Assembly (NCBI RefSeq): GCF_006345805.1
Contig: NC_043019.1
Span: 6,261,360-6,325,359 of the forward strand
Length of the DNA stretch: 64,000 nt
Reading direction: 5' to 3'
Origin: Octopus sinensis
Taxonomy: Eukaryota
Shown here in pieces: positions 51,300-63,310 of this stretch. The notes under the pieces were generated by a model that saw only the letters and a program-made list of their open reading frames with translations, made no database searches and was not told where the DNA came from. The position numbers were made by a program, and so were the translations under genes. The first letter of the stretch is position 1; each line of letters opens with the position of its first letter.

Positions 51300-52427
51300 G
51301 ATTCTTATTGAAGAATCAAAAGCATTTAATCGCGATCTTGCAATGGTATTTGTAGACTTTTCTAAAGCATTCGACTCTGTAGATAGGTACAAGATGTTTG
51401 AAATCCTTAAGCTCTATGGGATACCAGACAAAATCATTTCTGCCATCAAGGTCATCTACACAGATACGTCTTCAACCATCTTAACCCCTGACGGAGAAAC
51501 ATCATCTTTCTCAATCAAAGCCGGAATACTGCAGGGAGACACACTCGCCTCATTTCTTTTCATCATTGTCGTTGACTATGTGCTACGTATGTCAGTTGAT
51601 ACCATCTCTGGCAAGGGCTTTGAAATAAAACCAAGAAGAAGTTCCAGACACCCAGCTGAATACTTGACAGACACTGACTTTGCTGACGACATCGCTCTTA
51701 TCAGTGATTCTCTCTCCAATGCCCAGTCTATTTTACAATCTCTTGACCAAGCCTCAAATTGTGTAGGTCTTTACCTCAATGAGGCCAAGACTGAATATGT
51801 AAACAAGTGCCTGTCCAGCAGTGATTGCATCATCCATACTCTCAACAATACGCCCTTAAATATGGTTTCTGATTACAAATATCTTGGATCATGCATATCA
51901 TCATCTGGAAAAGATTTTCTAACTAGAAAGGGTATGGCCTGGTCAGCCTGTAATGACTTGCATAAGATCTGGTCATCAAATCTAAGTAGAGACTTCAAAC
52001 TTGAAATCTTCAAAGCCACAGTCAAACCAATTCTACAATATGGCTCAGAAACCTGGACGTTATCAAAGAAGCTTGAGAGGCGGTTGGATGGAACCTACAC
52101 TCGCTCAAAATCTCTCGGGGAAGCGTCATCCAATCAAAATGCAAATATATGGGAAACTACCACCTGTGTCGTCTCTTGTGAAGGGTAGGAGAGTCCAGTT
52201 TGCTGGACATTGTTGTCGAGCTGAAAACGAGGCAATTTCTACTCTTCTCCTCTGGAAGCCATCTACTCGCAATACCAGAGGGCGCACACTCTCCTACCCT
52301 GATGTAATCTCCAGGGATACAGGCATCCAGCAACAGGACCTCCGTAATGCCATGATGGACCGTGAAGTCTGGCGTAGCATGGTAATTTCCATTGTCTCAA
52401 CCACGGTCGAACAATGATGATGATGAT
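51300..52427 (+). mobile_element. 5'-truncated RTE-like LINE (RT), pseudogenised
   Basis: FVDFSKAFDSV, GILQGDTLA, DFADDIAL, YKYLGS, LQYGSETWTL, RRVQFAGHC; (TGA)n tail. Confidence 0.88.
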
Positions 52428-52924
52428 TTATTAAGCAACTGTGGTAAGTTGAGGGCTAGACTTTTGAGAGCTTCTTTTAAGCTAAGTCTGCAACTAGAGT
52501 GTTGGCTCTGATATGGGGTACCCGAGTTTATTATGGCCAGGAAATGTTATAATATATTTTTTCTTAATTAGATGGTGTATGTGACTGGCTAGTGATGTGA
52601 AATTACTATTCTCCTTATGCTTAAACGAGTTTAAATGCGCGTAATACCTTTATTTAAAATTGGTACTAGAACTAATGTAGTAGCTACATGAATTATTTAC
52701 CGTGTTGTGAACGGTGCATCGGTATACGGCGTTGAATCTTCTGCATTGGGCTTGAAGCAGGTAATCTGTCCGGGATCTGCAGCAGTAGTTATCGGTTCCT
52801 CGGTGGTTAATTGGAGAGAGATGAGGTAGTACTGGTAGTGGCTAAGGTGGTATTAGGTGAATCGATTGTGATATTGCTGCTATTATTGCTGTCGTTTCTA
52901 GTATCGATTTCAACGCGAGCGTTA

Positions 52925-53360
52925 CCATTATTATTATTTTTATTATTATTATTATTATTAGTAGTAGTAGTAGTAGTAGTAGTAGTAGCAACAGCAGCAG
53001 CGGCGGCGGCAGCGGTAGCAGGAGTAGCGGCGGCAGCGGCGTTAGCGGCGGTAGCGGCGGCAGCGGCGGCAGCGGCGGCAGCGGCGGCAGCGCGCAGCGG
53101 CGGCGCGGCGGGGGGCGGCAGCGGCGGCAGCGGCGGCAGCGGCGGCAGCGGCGGCAGCGGCGGCAGCGGCGGCAGCGGCGTCAGCGGCGGCAGCGGCGGC
53201 AGCGGCGGCAGCGGCGGTAGCGGCGGCAGCGGCGGCAGCGGCGCAGCGGCGGCAGCGGCGGCAGCGGCGTAAGCGGCGGCAGCGGCGTAAGCGGCGGCAG
53301 CGGCGGCAGCGGCGACAGCGGCGGCAGCGGCGGCAAAAGCAGCAGCAGCAGCAGGGGCAG
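52925..53360. repeat. Compound trinucleotide repeat (ATT)n(AGT)n(GCGGCGGCA)n
   Basis: Direct reading. Confidence 0.95.
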
Positions 53361-53699
53361 TAATAATATCATTAGTAGTAGTGTTGGTATTGGCGGTGGT
53401 AGAGGAGGTAGTATTAGTGATGTTATCATTGCGGCTATTAATAGTTGTGTTAATGGTAGGAGTGTCAATAATTGTAGTTTCCAGTAATGGTAATATCGCC
53501 GTTGGTGTTAGTATTAATATTATTGTAATTCCTATTAGTAGTTGAAGTATATTTATTATTAGTTGTAGTGGTTATAATGTAATTAGTGTTGTTAGTATCA
53601 GTGTGCCTATTAGTGTTGGTTTCAGGTGTGCGCCCATAACCCAAGAACTAAATCATAACCTTTGATAATAAGCTTTGGTTTCGCGCTAACCTAAACACT

Positions 53700-53980
53700 A
53701 AGAGAAGCAACTTAGTGAGAAACATCGATATAACCATGGGCTCATCCGCGCAGGTCACGGACCTAGTCGAACTGTACCTTCTTCAACAGCTTCGCACACA
53801 ATTCTCTCATATCAAAGGGGGTTTATACAGGGACGATGCATTGTTAATTACAACCGGCCTTACTAAATCTGCATTAGAAAAATCCAGAAAACACACAAAT
53901 TCTTCGCCAACTTTAACCAACCTATCTCTTTCGAAAACTCCTACATGACAGTAAATTTTCTAGATGCTACTTTACATTTC

Positions 53981-53985
<5 letters not shown>
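53700..53985 (+). mobile_element. Penelope-like RT fragment
   Basis: DITMGS..AQVTDLVELYLL..GLYRDDAL and VNFLDATL, characteristic PLE RT motifs. Confidence 0.8.
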
Positions 53986-54010
<25 letters not shown>

Positions 54011-54017
<7 letters not shown>

Positions 54018-54256
54018 ACGAAGCCTGTCGTATATGTCTCTGTGTGTCTTCATGTCTTTGTTTGCTCCCCGCATCACCGCTTGACAACCGGTTTTGGTGT
54101 GTTTACGACCCCGTTACCTAGCGGTTCGACAAAATTATTCCGATAGAATAAGTACTAGGCTGACAAAATAAGCTCTGGGGGTCGACTTGCCCGACTAAAA
54201 CTATTCCAGACGATGCATAGCATAGCCGCAGTCAAATGACTGAAACAAATAAAAGA

Positions 54257-54257
<1 letters not shown>
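54011..54257 (+). mobile_element. SINE family A, 3' half
   Basis: Consensus match; another 3' half at 54940-55112. Confidence 0.8.
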
Positions 54258-54338
<81 letters not shown>

Positions 54339-54360
54339 GTGAGTGTAAATCTTCAGCATA

Positions 54361-54912
54361 GTATTTCTTATTTCTTTATTGCACACAAGGGGTTAAACAT
54401 AGAGTGGACAAACAAGGACAGACAAACAGATTAAGTCGATTACATCGACCCCAGTGCGTAACTGGTACTTATTTAATCGACCCCGAAAGGATGAAAGGCA
54501 AAGTCGACCTCGGCGGAATTTGAACTCAGAACGCAGCGGCAGACGAAATACCTATTTCTTTACTACCCACAAGGAGCTAAACAGAGGGAGGACAAACAAA
54601 GACAGACAAACGGATTAAGTCGATTTTATCGACCCCGGTGCGTAACTGCTTAGCGGTATTTCATCTGAAACTACGTTCTGAGTTCAAATTCCGCCGAGGT
54701 CGACTTTACCTTTCATCCTTTCGGGATCGATTAAATGAGTACCAGTTACGCACTGGGGTCGATATAACCGACTTAATCCGTTTGTCTGTCCTTGTTTGTC
54801 CTCTCTATGTTTAACCGCTTGTAGGTAGTAAAGAAATAGGTATTTCGTCTGCTGCTACATTCTGAGTTCAAATTCCGCCGAGGAATTAACCCTTGTGGGC
54901 AGTAAAGAAATA
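54361..54912. repeat. Family C tandem units in inverted arrangement
   Basis: 54361-54647 in minus orientation, 54650-54912 in plus orientation. Confidence 0.85.
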
Positions 54913-55434
54913 TGAAACTAAAACAAAAAACGTTTGCACTCTTTGTCCCCGTAACTTAGCTGTGCGGCAAAAGTGACCGATAGAATAAGTACTAGGCTTT
55001 ATAAAATAAGTCCTGGGGTCGATTTGTTCGACCAAGACCCTTCAAGGCGTTGCCCCAGCATGACCGCAGTCAAGTGATTGATACAAGTAAATGATAAAAG
55101 ATAAATGATAAAAAGTTCTAAAGTGCGCAGCCTAACAGTTATGCTGTTAGGTTTACGATTGTCTCGTCGAGGGTTACTTATCGTAATCGGACAACGCGTT
55201 GTGCTTTTGGGACATGAAACTGAGATACGTCTGCTGTCAAGTAGAGCTTAGCAGACTGCTAGCCCCAAATCTGATAAATACAAAATGCCAACGGCCCTTG
55301 ATGACTGCATCACATTGAATAACGAAGTCAATGTGTCTGAAAACCGTTGGTTTGGTAACAGTTGGTGTCACTGGCATTTTTGATCGAACATGACCTGTGA
55401 CGGCAGACATGTTGCATGTATACCTCTGTATGCA

Positions 55435-55700
55435 TACGTGTGTGTGTGTGTGTACGTGTGTGTGCGTGTGTGTGTGCGTGTGTGTGTGTGTGTGCGTGTG
55501 TGCGTGTGTGTGTGTGCGTGTGTGTGTATGTGTGTGCGTGTGTGTGCTTGTGTGCGTGTGTGTGTATGTGTGTGTGCGTTTGTGCGTGTGTGTGCGTGTG
55601 TATGTGCGTGTGTGCGTATGAGTGTGTGCGTGTGTGTGTGTGTGCATTTGTGTGTGTGTGTGCGCGTTTGTGCGTGTGTGTGTGTGTGTGTATGTGTGTG
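55435..55700. repeat. (TG)n microsatellite
   Basis: Direct reading. Confidence 0.96.
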
Positions 55701-55704
55701 TCCC

Positions 55705-55925
55705 CGTTGATGTACATTGCGCTCATGATTGCAAAATCGTAGTTTTGATTCCCAAACCAGCTGCACGTTGTGTTCTTGAGCAAAACCCTTCATTTCCCGC
55801 CTTCCTCCAGCCCACTCAACCAGTGATGGCAACCCTGCGATGGATAGGCTTTCCGTTCAGGAGGGAATGCTGGCCTGACCACTAAGTCTAAAAGGTGGCA
55901 TCATTCGAAAGCTACAACATTGTAA
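55705..55925 (+). mobile_element. SINE family B, diverged, short middle with third tail type
   Basis: TTGTGTTCTTGAGCAAAAC middle; GGTGGCATCATTCGAAAGCTA tail. Confidence 0.6.
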
Positions 55926-56819
55926 ATAAGTGCCCTGTGTCTGTATTTTTAATAATACTCTGTGTGTATTTGTATATGTGTATGAGTATATGTATATAAG
56001 TATATACATACATCTACTATATACATGTGTATGTGTATGTGTGTGTATATATGCATTTGTGATGTGTTTGTGCGTAAATATATGTGTATCGTTTTGCAGG
56101 TGTACGCATATACGTATATGATGAATATACCATATATTGTTACCGCTTTCATCAGTTATTCATGGATATTATCTCCAAGAAACATTAGCTTCTCTCTCTG
56201 AGACGAGCACAAAAACATATCAATTTTATGGTAAATGAAATATTAGAAAACTAGTGAGAATTCAAGTAAAAATTTGCTAACAGCAACGGAGGACAGACAT
56301 TGGATAATTCAGTTACTTTCACTTTCGCTTTAAAAAGATATTTGAAGTTTTACAATTTAGTCTTTACTATAATTGCTGTTGTTGCTACTGTTGCTGTTGT
56401 TATTGTTGCTATTGCTGTTTATGTTATGTTGTTTCTGGTATTTTTCATCGAATCATAGAAGGAGACACTAAATGAGTGGATTTCAACCAAGGCCTATGTA
56501 TAGCCCTTGGGGGGGGTCCACATAAGATTTTGCTGTAAAAATTTATCTGCAGCAAATTGAAAAATACAAAATAATTAAACAATTTTTATACCATTCCTAA
56601 AATCATTGAATTATAAAAAATATACTAGTTGTCAAATGGTGATGGGGGACAAACACACACACACACGCACACACACACAAATACACACACACACACATAT
56701 ACCATACATACATACATACATACATACATACATACATACATACATACATACATACATACATACATACACACACATACATATATATATAGTGATATATGCA
56801 AGTGTGCATTTATATAATA

Positions 56820-58116
56820 TTGTGTTAGCAACTAAGTTCCCGCCGTTTTTTTTTAATTAAATTAAAATTTTTTAAAAGGTTTAATAAAAACTAACAACTA
56901 ATTAATCAATAATATATTCACCCTTGTTGTTCACAACTTCTTCCCAACGTTCAATAAAATTTTCAATACCTCGTTGGTAGAAATCACCCGATTTCGATTC
57001 GAAAAATTGATCCAACCAAGCTCTCAATTCTGCATCAGTATTGAACGAATCTCCGCGCATAGCATTGAAAGAGATCAAAAGAGGTGGAAATCCGTTGGTG
57101 CCAAATCAAGAGAATGCGGCAGATGTGACAGCACTTCACAGCCATGCGTTTGAATGGCTTCCTTGGTCATATTGGCGATATGAGGTCGGGCGTTGTCGTG
57201 CAGCAGAAGAACTCCATGCTGCCGATTAGGTTTTTTTCTCTTGAATAGCCGTGTTGAGTCGTTCCATCTGTTGAACATAGAGTTCTGCGTTGACCGTTTA
57301 GCTCCGTTCAAGCAATTCGTAATAGATAATCCCTTCCCAGTCCCACCATACGCACAACATCGTTTTACGCGGATGAAGATCTTATTTCACGCGCGTTGTC
57401 GCTTGTTTACCGGGGCTAAGCCATTCCTTACGCTGCTTCATATTGATGTATAGGCACTCTTTTTCGTCACCAGTAACGATTCGGTAAAGAAATCGTTGCT
57501 TGTGTCCATGAGTTCAGCGGTGACGAGCAAGCAAACCAGCGGAGATTGTGGCTCGTTGATTTTCGTTGTTGTTACTTAAAGCATGCGGAACCCATGCTCC
57601 ATACTTCTGAACCTTTCCTATCGAGTGAAGATGCTTCTCTATAGCAGTGTGAGGGCATTCCATTTTCTCTGCCATTTCCCTTGTCATTTGACGAGAATTT
57701 TCGTGCAAAAGTTGGTTTAATCGCTCTTCATCGAACTCAACTGGACGGCCAGAACGAGGTGCGTCTTTGAGATCAAAATTTCCACTTTTGAACTTGCCAT
57801 ACCAATCACGAGCAGTTCTTTCAGCTATGACACCCTCTCCATACACAGCACAAATGTCGCAAGCAGCTTTTGCGGCCCTAGAAGCTTCATTAAAAGGAAA
57901 AAGGAGGTGTCAAAAATGCTAGTTTTTCTTAACATGACATTCCATTTTAATGATCTGAAAACAAATAAAAATTAACAAAAATTAACTAGTAAAAAAAACA
58001 AAATATATTCCAAAATGATTCAAAAATAGAATTCTCGAAAAAAATAGATTCCAAAATATAAAAACGCAATTTATTCCAAAATTTTTAAAACGGCGGGAAC
58101 ATAGTTGCCAACCCAA
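56820..58116 (-). mobile_element. Full-length (1297 bp) mariner with defective transposase
   Basis: TIRs TTGTGTTAGCAACTAAGTTCCCGCCGTTTT / AAAACGGCGGGAACATAGTTGCCAACCCAA, TA flanks; DAPRSGRP, WVPHAL, IVTGDEK, HDNARPH, SLDLAPTDFHLF; stops and frameshifts. Confidence 0.95.
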
Positions 58117-58118
58117 TA

Positions 58119-59942
58119 TATGTATGTATTCTCATAGTTGCATATCTAGATATGCTCATATATATTTAAATGATAAACTTCTGGAAAGTTTTACAGATTT
58201 TTATAGTTCCAGTGATGGACTAGAGCTGTATCCTTCGAATTAACTTTCACCTTTCTGGTTTTGGTATTTAGGCAATGTGTTACATATCCCAGGGCCCCAA
58301 TAATTACAGGTATAAACCTGAACTTGTAATCAGAACAAAGTAACTGTAGATTTCTCAATAGTTCAGCATAGGTGTTCTCTTTTTCACTGATCTTCAGCTT
58401 TATGTTAACATCCACCAGGCAGCTAATTTCCACAACTGTGCACAGTTTCTTTTCTCTTTTCCAAATCATTATATCAGGTTTGTTGTGCTTACATTTTATT
58501 AAGGTTTTCACTGGTACATTCCACCAGTATTCCTTTTTATTATGAGTGGCTATGGCTTCTACTATATTGTGGGTTCTTATTTCTTTGTCCCTGGGATTAT
58601 CCTTCCGACGGATTTCATTATAGAGTGTCCTAACTACAACATCATGTCTCATCGGTAGATAATACCGTGATGACATTTTCGGGCAACTGCTTACGAAGTG
58701 GGTGATATCTTCAGCGTAAACTCCACAAAGTTTGCACCGGTTGTCACATTTTACGGCTTTTCCTGCATCTCTATCCCTTTTCTGCATCAGGTACTTGGAG
58801 GATATCTCCTGTTCTTGGATTGCAAACGCATACCCTTCAAAGTGGGAGGTAGTAATCTGGCTATTGGTCTATGATAGACTGCTTTGATGACCAAAATTAC
58901 TATCTCTCGGTGCTTTCTACTAACATATCTATGCATAGTCTTCTGCTCATATAGGCTCATCCTTTCATCTGATGATACGTTGCGGTAGAGTCGTGCGACT
59001 TCTTTGGACATGTATTCTAGGTTATCAGACAAAGAGTGTTGCTCAAGGAGCCGCCTTACAAGTCTTATGATGTTATCAGCCTCGTGTATGCAAACTTGAT
59101 CAAGGGATGCACTTCGACACTTGGTGGTTAAAAGATGTTTCCGAAAGGATATAATACGATATTGAAAGGCATTTTGGGTCGTTGTTAAGCCTCTATCGCC
59201 TTGCTTTCGTTTTAAGTAGAGGCAGTCTACGTCACTGTTTATGTGGAAATTATGTGTGCTTGGGGTTTACAGAAAGTATAAACATCACAGAAGATGCCTT
59301 TGCGACATTGTATGTATGTATATATGTATGTGTGTGTTTGCTTGTTAGTATTTTTCGGGTTTTCACATCAGTGACCCGGAGCTCAAGAAGCGTCCAATCA
59401 AGCAGCCCAGATGTTGGTATGAGTGCTGGCACTGCAAACACATTGTGGGCCACTGCTCTTTTGAATGCAGAGAGTTCCGTGGTCCAGATTTTCTTTATTC
59501 TGCTGTAATATTCTTTAGTGACACGTGTTTTGTTACAGATGCCATTGTAAGATATATTTTCATCCACCCCTAGATACCTGAAACATTCCTCGTCAGATAC
59601 AGGGGAAACAGTCAAATCAATGATGGAGATGTTACTAGTCTGGTTTATAGTTTTCCCCCTTTTCACAACCACATAACAACATTTATCCTGACCAAACTCC
59701 AATCCTACATCCTTTGAAAGTGTTGTAACTAGATCAAAGCTCTTTTTCATCTCATGCATATTCTTTGCATAAAGTTTTAAGTCATCCACAAAGAAACAGA
59801 GTGTAATTATGGTATTTCTGTCTCCTTGAGAACCAGTGAGATATTCTACAGACTTCCTTAACACGAATGACAAGGGGTTTACAGAAAGTATAAACAACAT
59901 CACAGAGGGGCTGTCCCCTTGGAATATGCCTTTGCAATACTC
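58119..59942 (-). mobile_element. 5'-truncated R4/Dong-like retrotransposon (RT, CCHC knuckle, REL endonuclease, 3' UTR)
   Basis: KGIFQGDS, FFVDDLKLY, FGQDKC, RYLG, CKLC...HFVSSC, YYLPMRHD, KPDIMIW..VEISC..KISEKENTY. Confidence 0.92.
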
Positions 59943-60496
59943 TATGTATGTATGTATGTATGTATGTATGTATGTATGAATGTATGCATGCATGTATGTA
60001 TGTATGCATGTTTGTATGTATATATGTATGTATGTAAGTATGTATGTATGTGTGTGTGTATGTATGTTATGTACGTATGTATGTATGAATGTATGCATGT
60101 ATGTATGTATGTATGTATGTATGTATGTATGCATGCATGTATGTAAGTATGTATGTATGTGTGTGTGTATGTATGTTATGTACGTATGTATGTATGAATG
60201 TATGCATGTATGTGTGTATGTATGTATGTATGTATGTATGCATGCATGTATGTAAGTATGTATGTATGTGTGTATGTATGTGTGTATGTATGTATGTATG
60301 TGTGTATGTATGTATATATGTATGTATGTGTGTGTACGTACGCATGTATGTATGTATGTATGTATGTATGTATGTGTGTGTATGTATGCATGTATGTATG
60401 CATGTATGTATGTATGTATATATGTATGTATGTATGCATGTTTGTATGTATGTATGTATGTACGTATGTATGTATGTATGCATGCATGTATGTATG

Positions 60497-60529
<33 letters not shown>

Positions 60530-60810
60530 GTGTATGTATGTGTGTATGTATGTGTGTATGTATGTATGTATGTGTGTATGTATGTATATATGTATGTATG
60601 TGTGTGTACGTACGCATGTATGTATGTATGTATGTATGTATGTATGTGTGTGTATGTATGCATGTATGTATGCATGTATGTATGTATGTATGTGTGTGTA
60701 TGTATGCATGTATGTATGCATGTATGTATGTATGTATGTGTGTGTATGTATGCATGTATGTATGCATGTATGTATGTATGTATGTATGTATGTATGCATG
60801 TATGTATGTA
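59943..60810. repeat. (TATG)n array
   Basis: Direct reading. Confidence 0.98.
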
Positions 60811-61224
60811 AGGTTAAAGCAGATAGTTTAATGAATTCTGTGTCGTTGCAATTGACAGTCGTCTGCTTATCAAGTGTTTCCGTCTTGGAACTGAGGCCTC
60901 AGGAAAAAATTCTAGAAATCCATCATGACTAAAATGTCAGCCAATGATCTCCCTCTCTCTCTCTCTTTTCTCTTTCTCCCCCCTCTCTCTCTCTCCTCCC
61001 CCTCTCTCTCTCTTCCTCCCCCCCTCTCTCTCTCTTTCTTGACGCAAATTGGGAAGAAATGAAACTACGATAAATTAAGAAATCTGAATAGATTTCCGGT
61101 CTCGCCAAATGTCAGAAGAAATGGCTTTCCTTCATCTTCCTTCGTGATTTATTTTTCACTTGTCACACGATTTTAGGATTTATTACCAATATTAACCACT
61201 AATTTGTTAATTTTTTTCAACTAT

Positions 61225-61440
61225 ACTCTCTCTTTACTCTTTTACTTGTTTCAGTCATTTGACTGCGGCCATGCTGCAGCACCGCTTTTAGTCGAGCAAA
61301 TCGACCCCGGGACTTGTTCTTTTGTAAGCCCAGTACTTATTCTATCGGTCTCTTTTGCCGAACCACTAAGTAACGGGGACGTAAACACACCAGCATCGGT
61401 TGTCAAGCAATGCTAGGGGGACAAACACAGACACACACAC

Positions 61441-61471
<31 letters not shown>

Positions 61472-61473
61472 AT

Positions 61474-61554
<81 letters not shown>

Positions 61555-61694
61555 TACGACAGGCTTCTTTCAGTTTCCGTCTACCAAATCCACTCACAAG
61601 GCATTGGTCGGCCCGGGGCTATAGCAGAAGACACTTGCCCAAGATGCCCCGCAGTGGGACTGAACCCGGAACCATGTGGTTGGTTAGCAAGCTA
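61225..61694 (-). mobile_element. SINE family A, head truncated
   Basis: Consensus match. Confidence 0.92.
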
Positions 61695-61709
61695 TCAAAC
61701 AATATACAA

Positions 61710-61915
61710 ACTTAGCACGCCGGACAAAATGCTTAGCGGCATTTCATCTGTCTTTGCGTTCTGAGTTGAAATACCAACGAGATCAGCTTTGCCTTTCGTC
61801 CTTTTCGAGAGGTCGATAAAATAAGTACCAGTTGAGTACTGGGGTCGATCTGATCGACTTAGTCCCTCCCTCCAAAATTGCTCCTTCCCACCTTGTGCCA
61901 AAATTTGACACCAAT
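61710..61915 (+). mobile_element. SINE family C monomer
   Basis: Core GCCTTTCGTCCTTTTCGAGAGGTCGATAAAATAAGTACCAG with CCTTGTGCCAAAATTTGA tail. Confidence 0.75.
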
Positions 61916-61929
61916 ATTAGAATAATTGT

Positions 61930-62248
61930 GAAGGCGCAATGGCCCAGTGTTTAGGGCAGCGGACTCGCGGTCGGAGGATCGCGGTTTTGATTCCCAGACC
62001 TGGCTTTGTGAGTGTTTATTGAGCGAAAACACCTAAAGCTCCACGAGGCTCCGGCAGGGGGTGGTGGTGGAAACTCCTGTTGTACTCTTTCGCCCCAACT
62101 TTCTCTCACTCTTTCTTCCTGTTTCTTGAGTAACGCTGCGATGGACTGGCGTCCCGTCCAGCTGTGGGGAACACATACGCCATAGAAACCGGGAAACCGG
62201 GCCCATGAGCCTGGTTAGGTTTGAAAAGGGCGCATAAATAAAAATAAA
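61930..62248 (+). mobile_element. SINE family B
   Basis: Consensus match to 18902-19217. Confidence 0.9.
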
Positions 62249-62919
62249 TTAGAATAAATAAAGAGTGGATGGGTGAAATCAGTAATCAGATGAACAAAAT
62301 GTCAAACACTTCTTTAGGTTCTGAGTTCAATTCCCAACAAGGTCGGTTTTGTTTTTCATCCTTCCAAGTCACTAAAAAAACCGAAGCCGATACAAAACAA
62401 TGTCTCCTCGTTTCTGACCCTATAGATTTATAAGAAGCGTAATTATTACAGGTTACGACAACTACGTCACGAAAACTTCATGTTACGGGGCTTCACGCTC
62501 ACGGAAATTGTAAAGTTTGACTGGTAATTTCGGGATACGTTCTTTAGTTTCACCCTTTGGCAAACTCCAATGAATTTTAACACTTAAAAATTATTCATTC
62601 TTCTTAGCCAAAACGCCACTTTTCTGTATTTTAACTACCATCAAGGTATAGCTAACAATTTCAAAACCATATATGCATGTACGCGTGTGTGTGTGAGTGT
62701 GACAGTGTGAGTGAGTGTGTGTGTGTGTGTGTTTATTTAAATGTTTCTGTATGCGCCACCATAAACTTTTACGGAATGTCAGGTGGAATTCTTCCTGACG
62801 AATATTTGACTGGTTGTATAAATTTCCTTGTCCCTATTTAGTACCGTTATCTATCTGTCTGTTTATCTTTGTAACTTGTCCCATCTGTGTGCAGCCCTGT
62901 GTGGCCAATAAAGAAACTT

Positions 62920-63310
62920 ATCTATCTATCCGTCCGTCTGCCTGTCTGTCTGTTTATCTATCTATCTATCTACCTACCTACCTACCTATCTGTCTGTCTA
63001 TCTATCTGTCTATCTATCTATCTGTCTATCTATCTAGCTATCTATCTATCTGTCTTTCTGTCTGTCTATCTATCTATCTATCTATCTGTCTGTCTTTCTG
63101 TCTGTTTATCTATCTGTCTATCTATCTCTCTATCTATCTATCTATCTGTCTGTCTGTCTGACTGTCTGTCTGTCTGTCAGTCTGCCTGTCAGTCTGTCCG
63201 TCTGTCTGTCTACTTCTCTATCTATCTACCTACCTCTCTATCTATCTCTCGACCGACCTCTTTCTCTACTATCCACCGACTTACATATCTACCTCTTCGT
63301 CTACCTATCT
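62920..63310. repeat. (TCTA)n/(TCTG)n microsatellite
   Basis: Direct reading. Confidence 0.95.

Noticed and set aside
52811-53272. Plus-strand ORF with poly-Val/Ala and GGS repeats resembling a structural protein
   Set aside because: Begins at TTG, and the GGS stretch arises from indels in a GCGGCGGCA repeat
59250-60767. 505-aa ORF as a repeat-RT fusion protein
   Set aside because: Chance in-frame read-through from the microsatellite into a truncated, frameshifted retrotransposon
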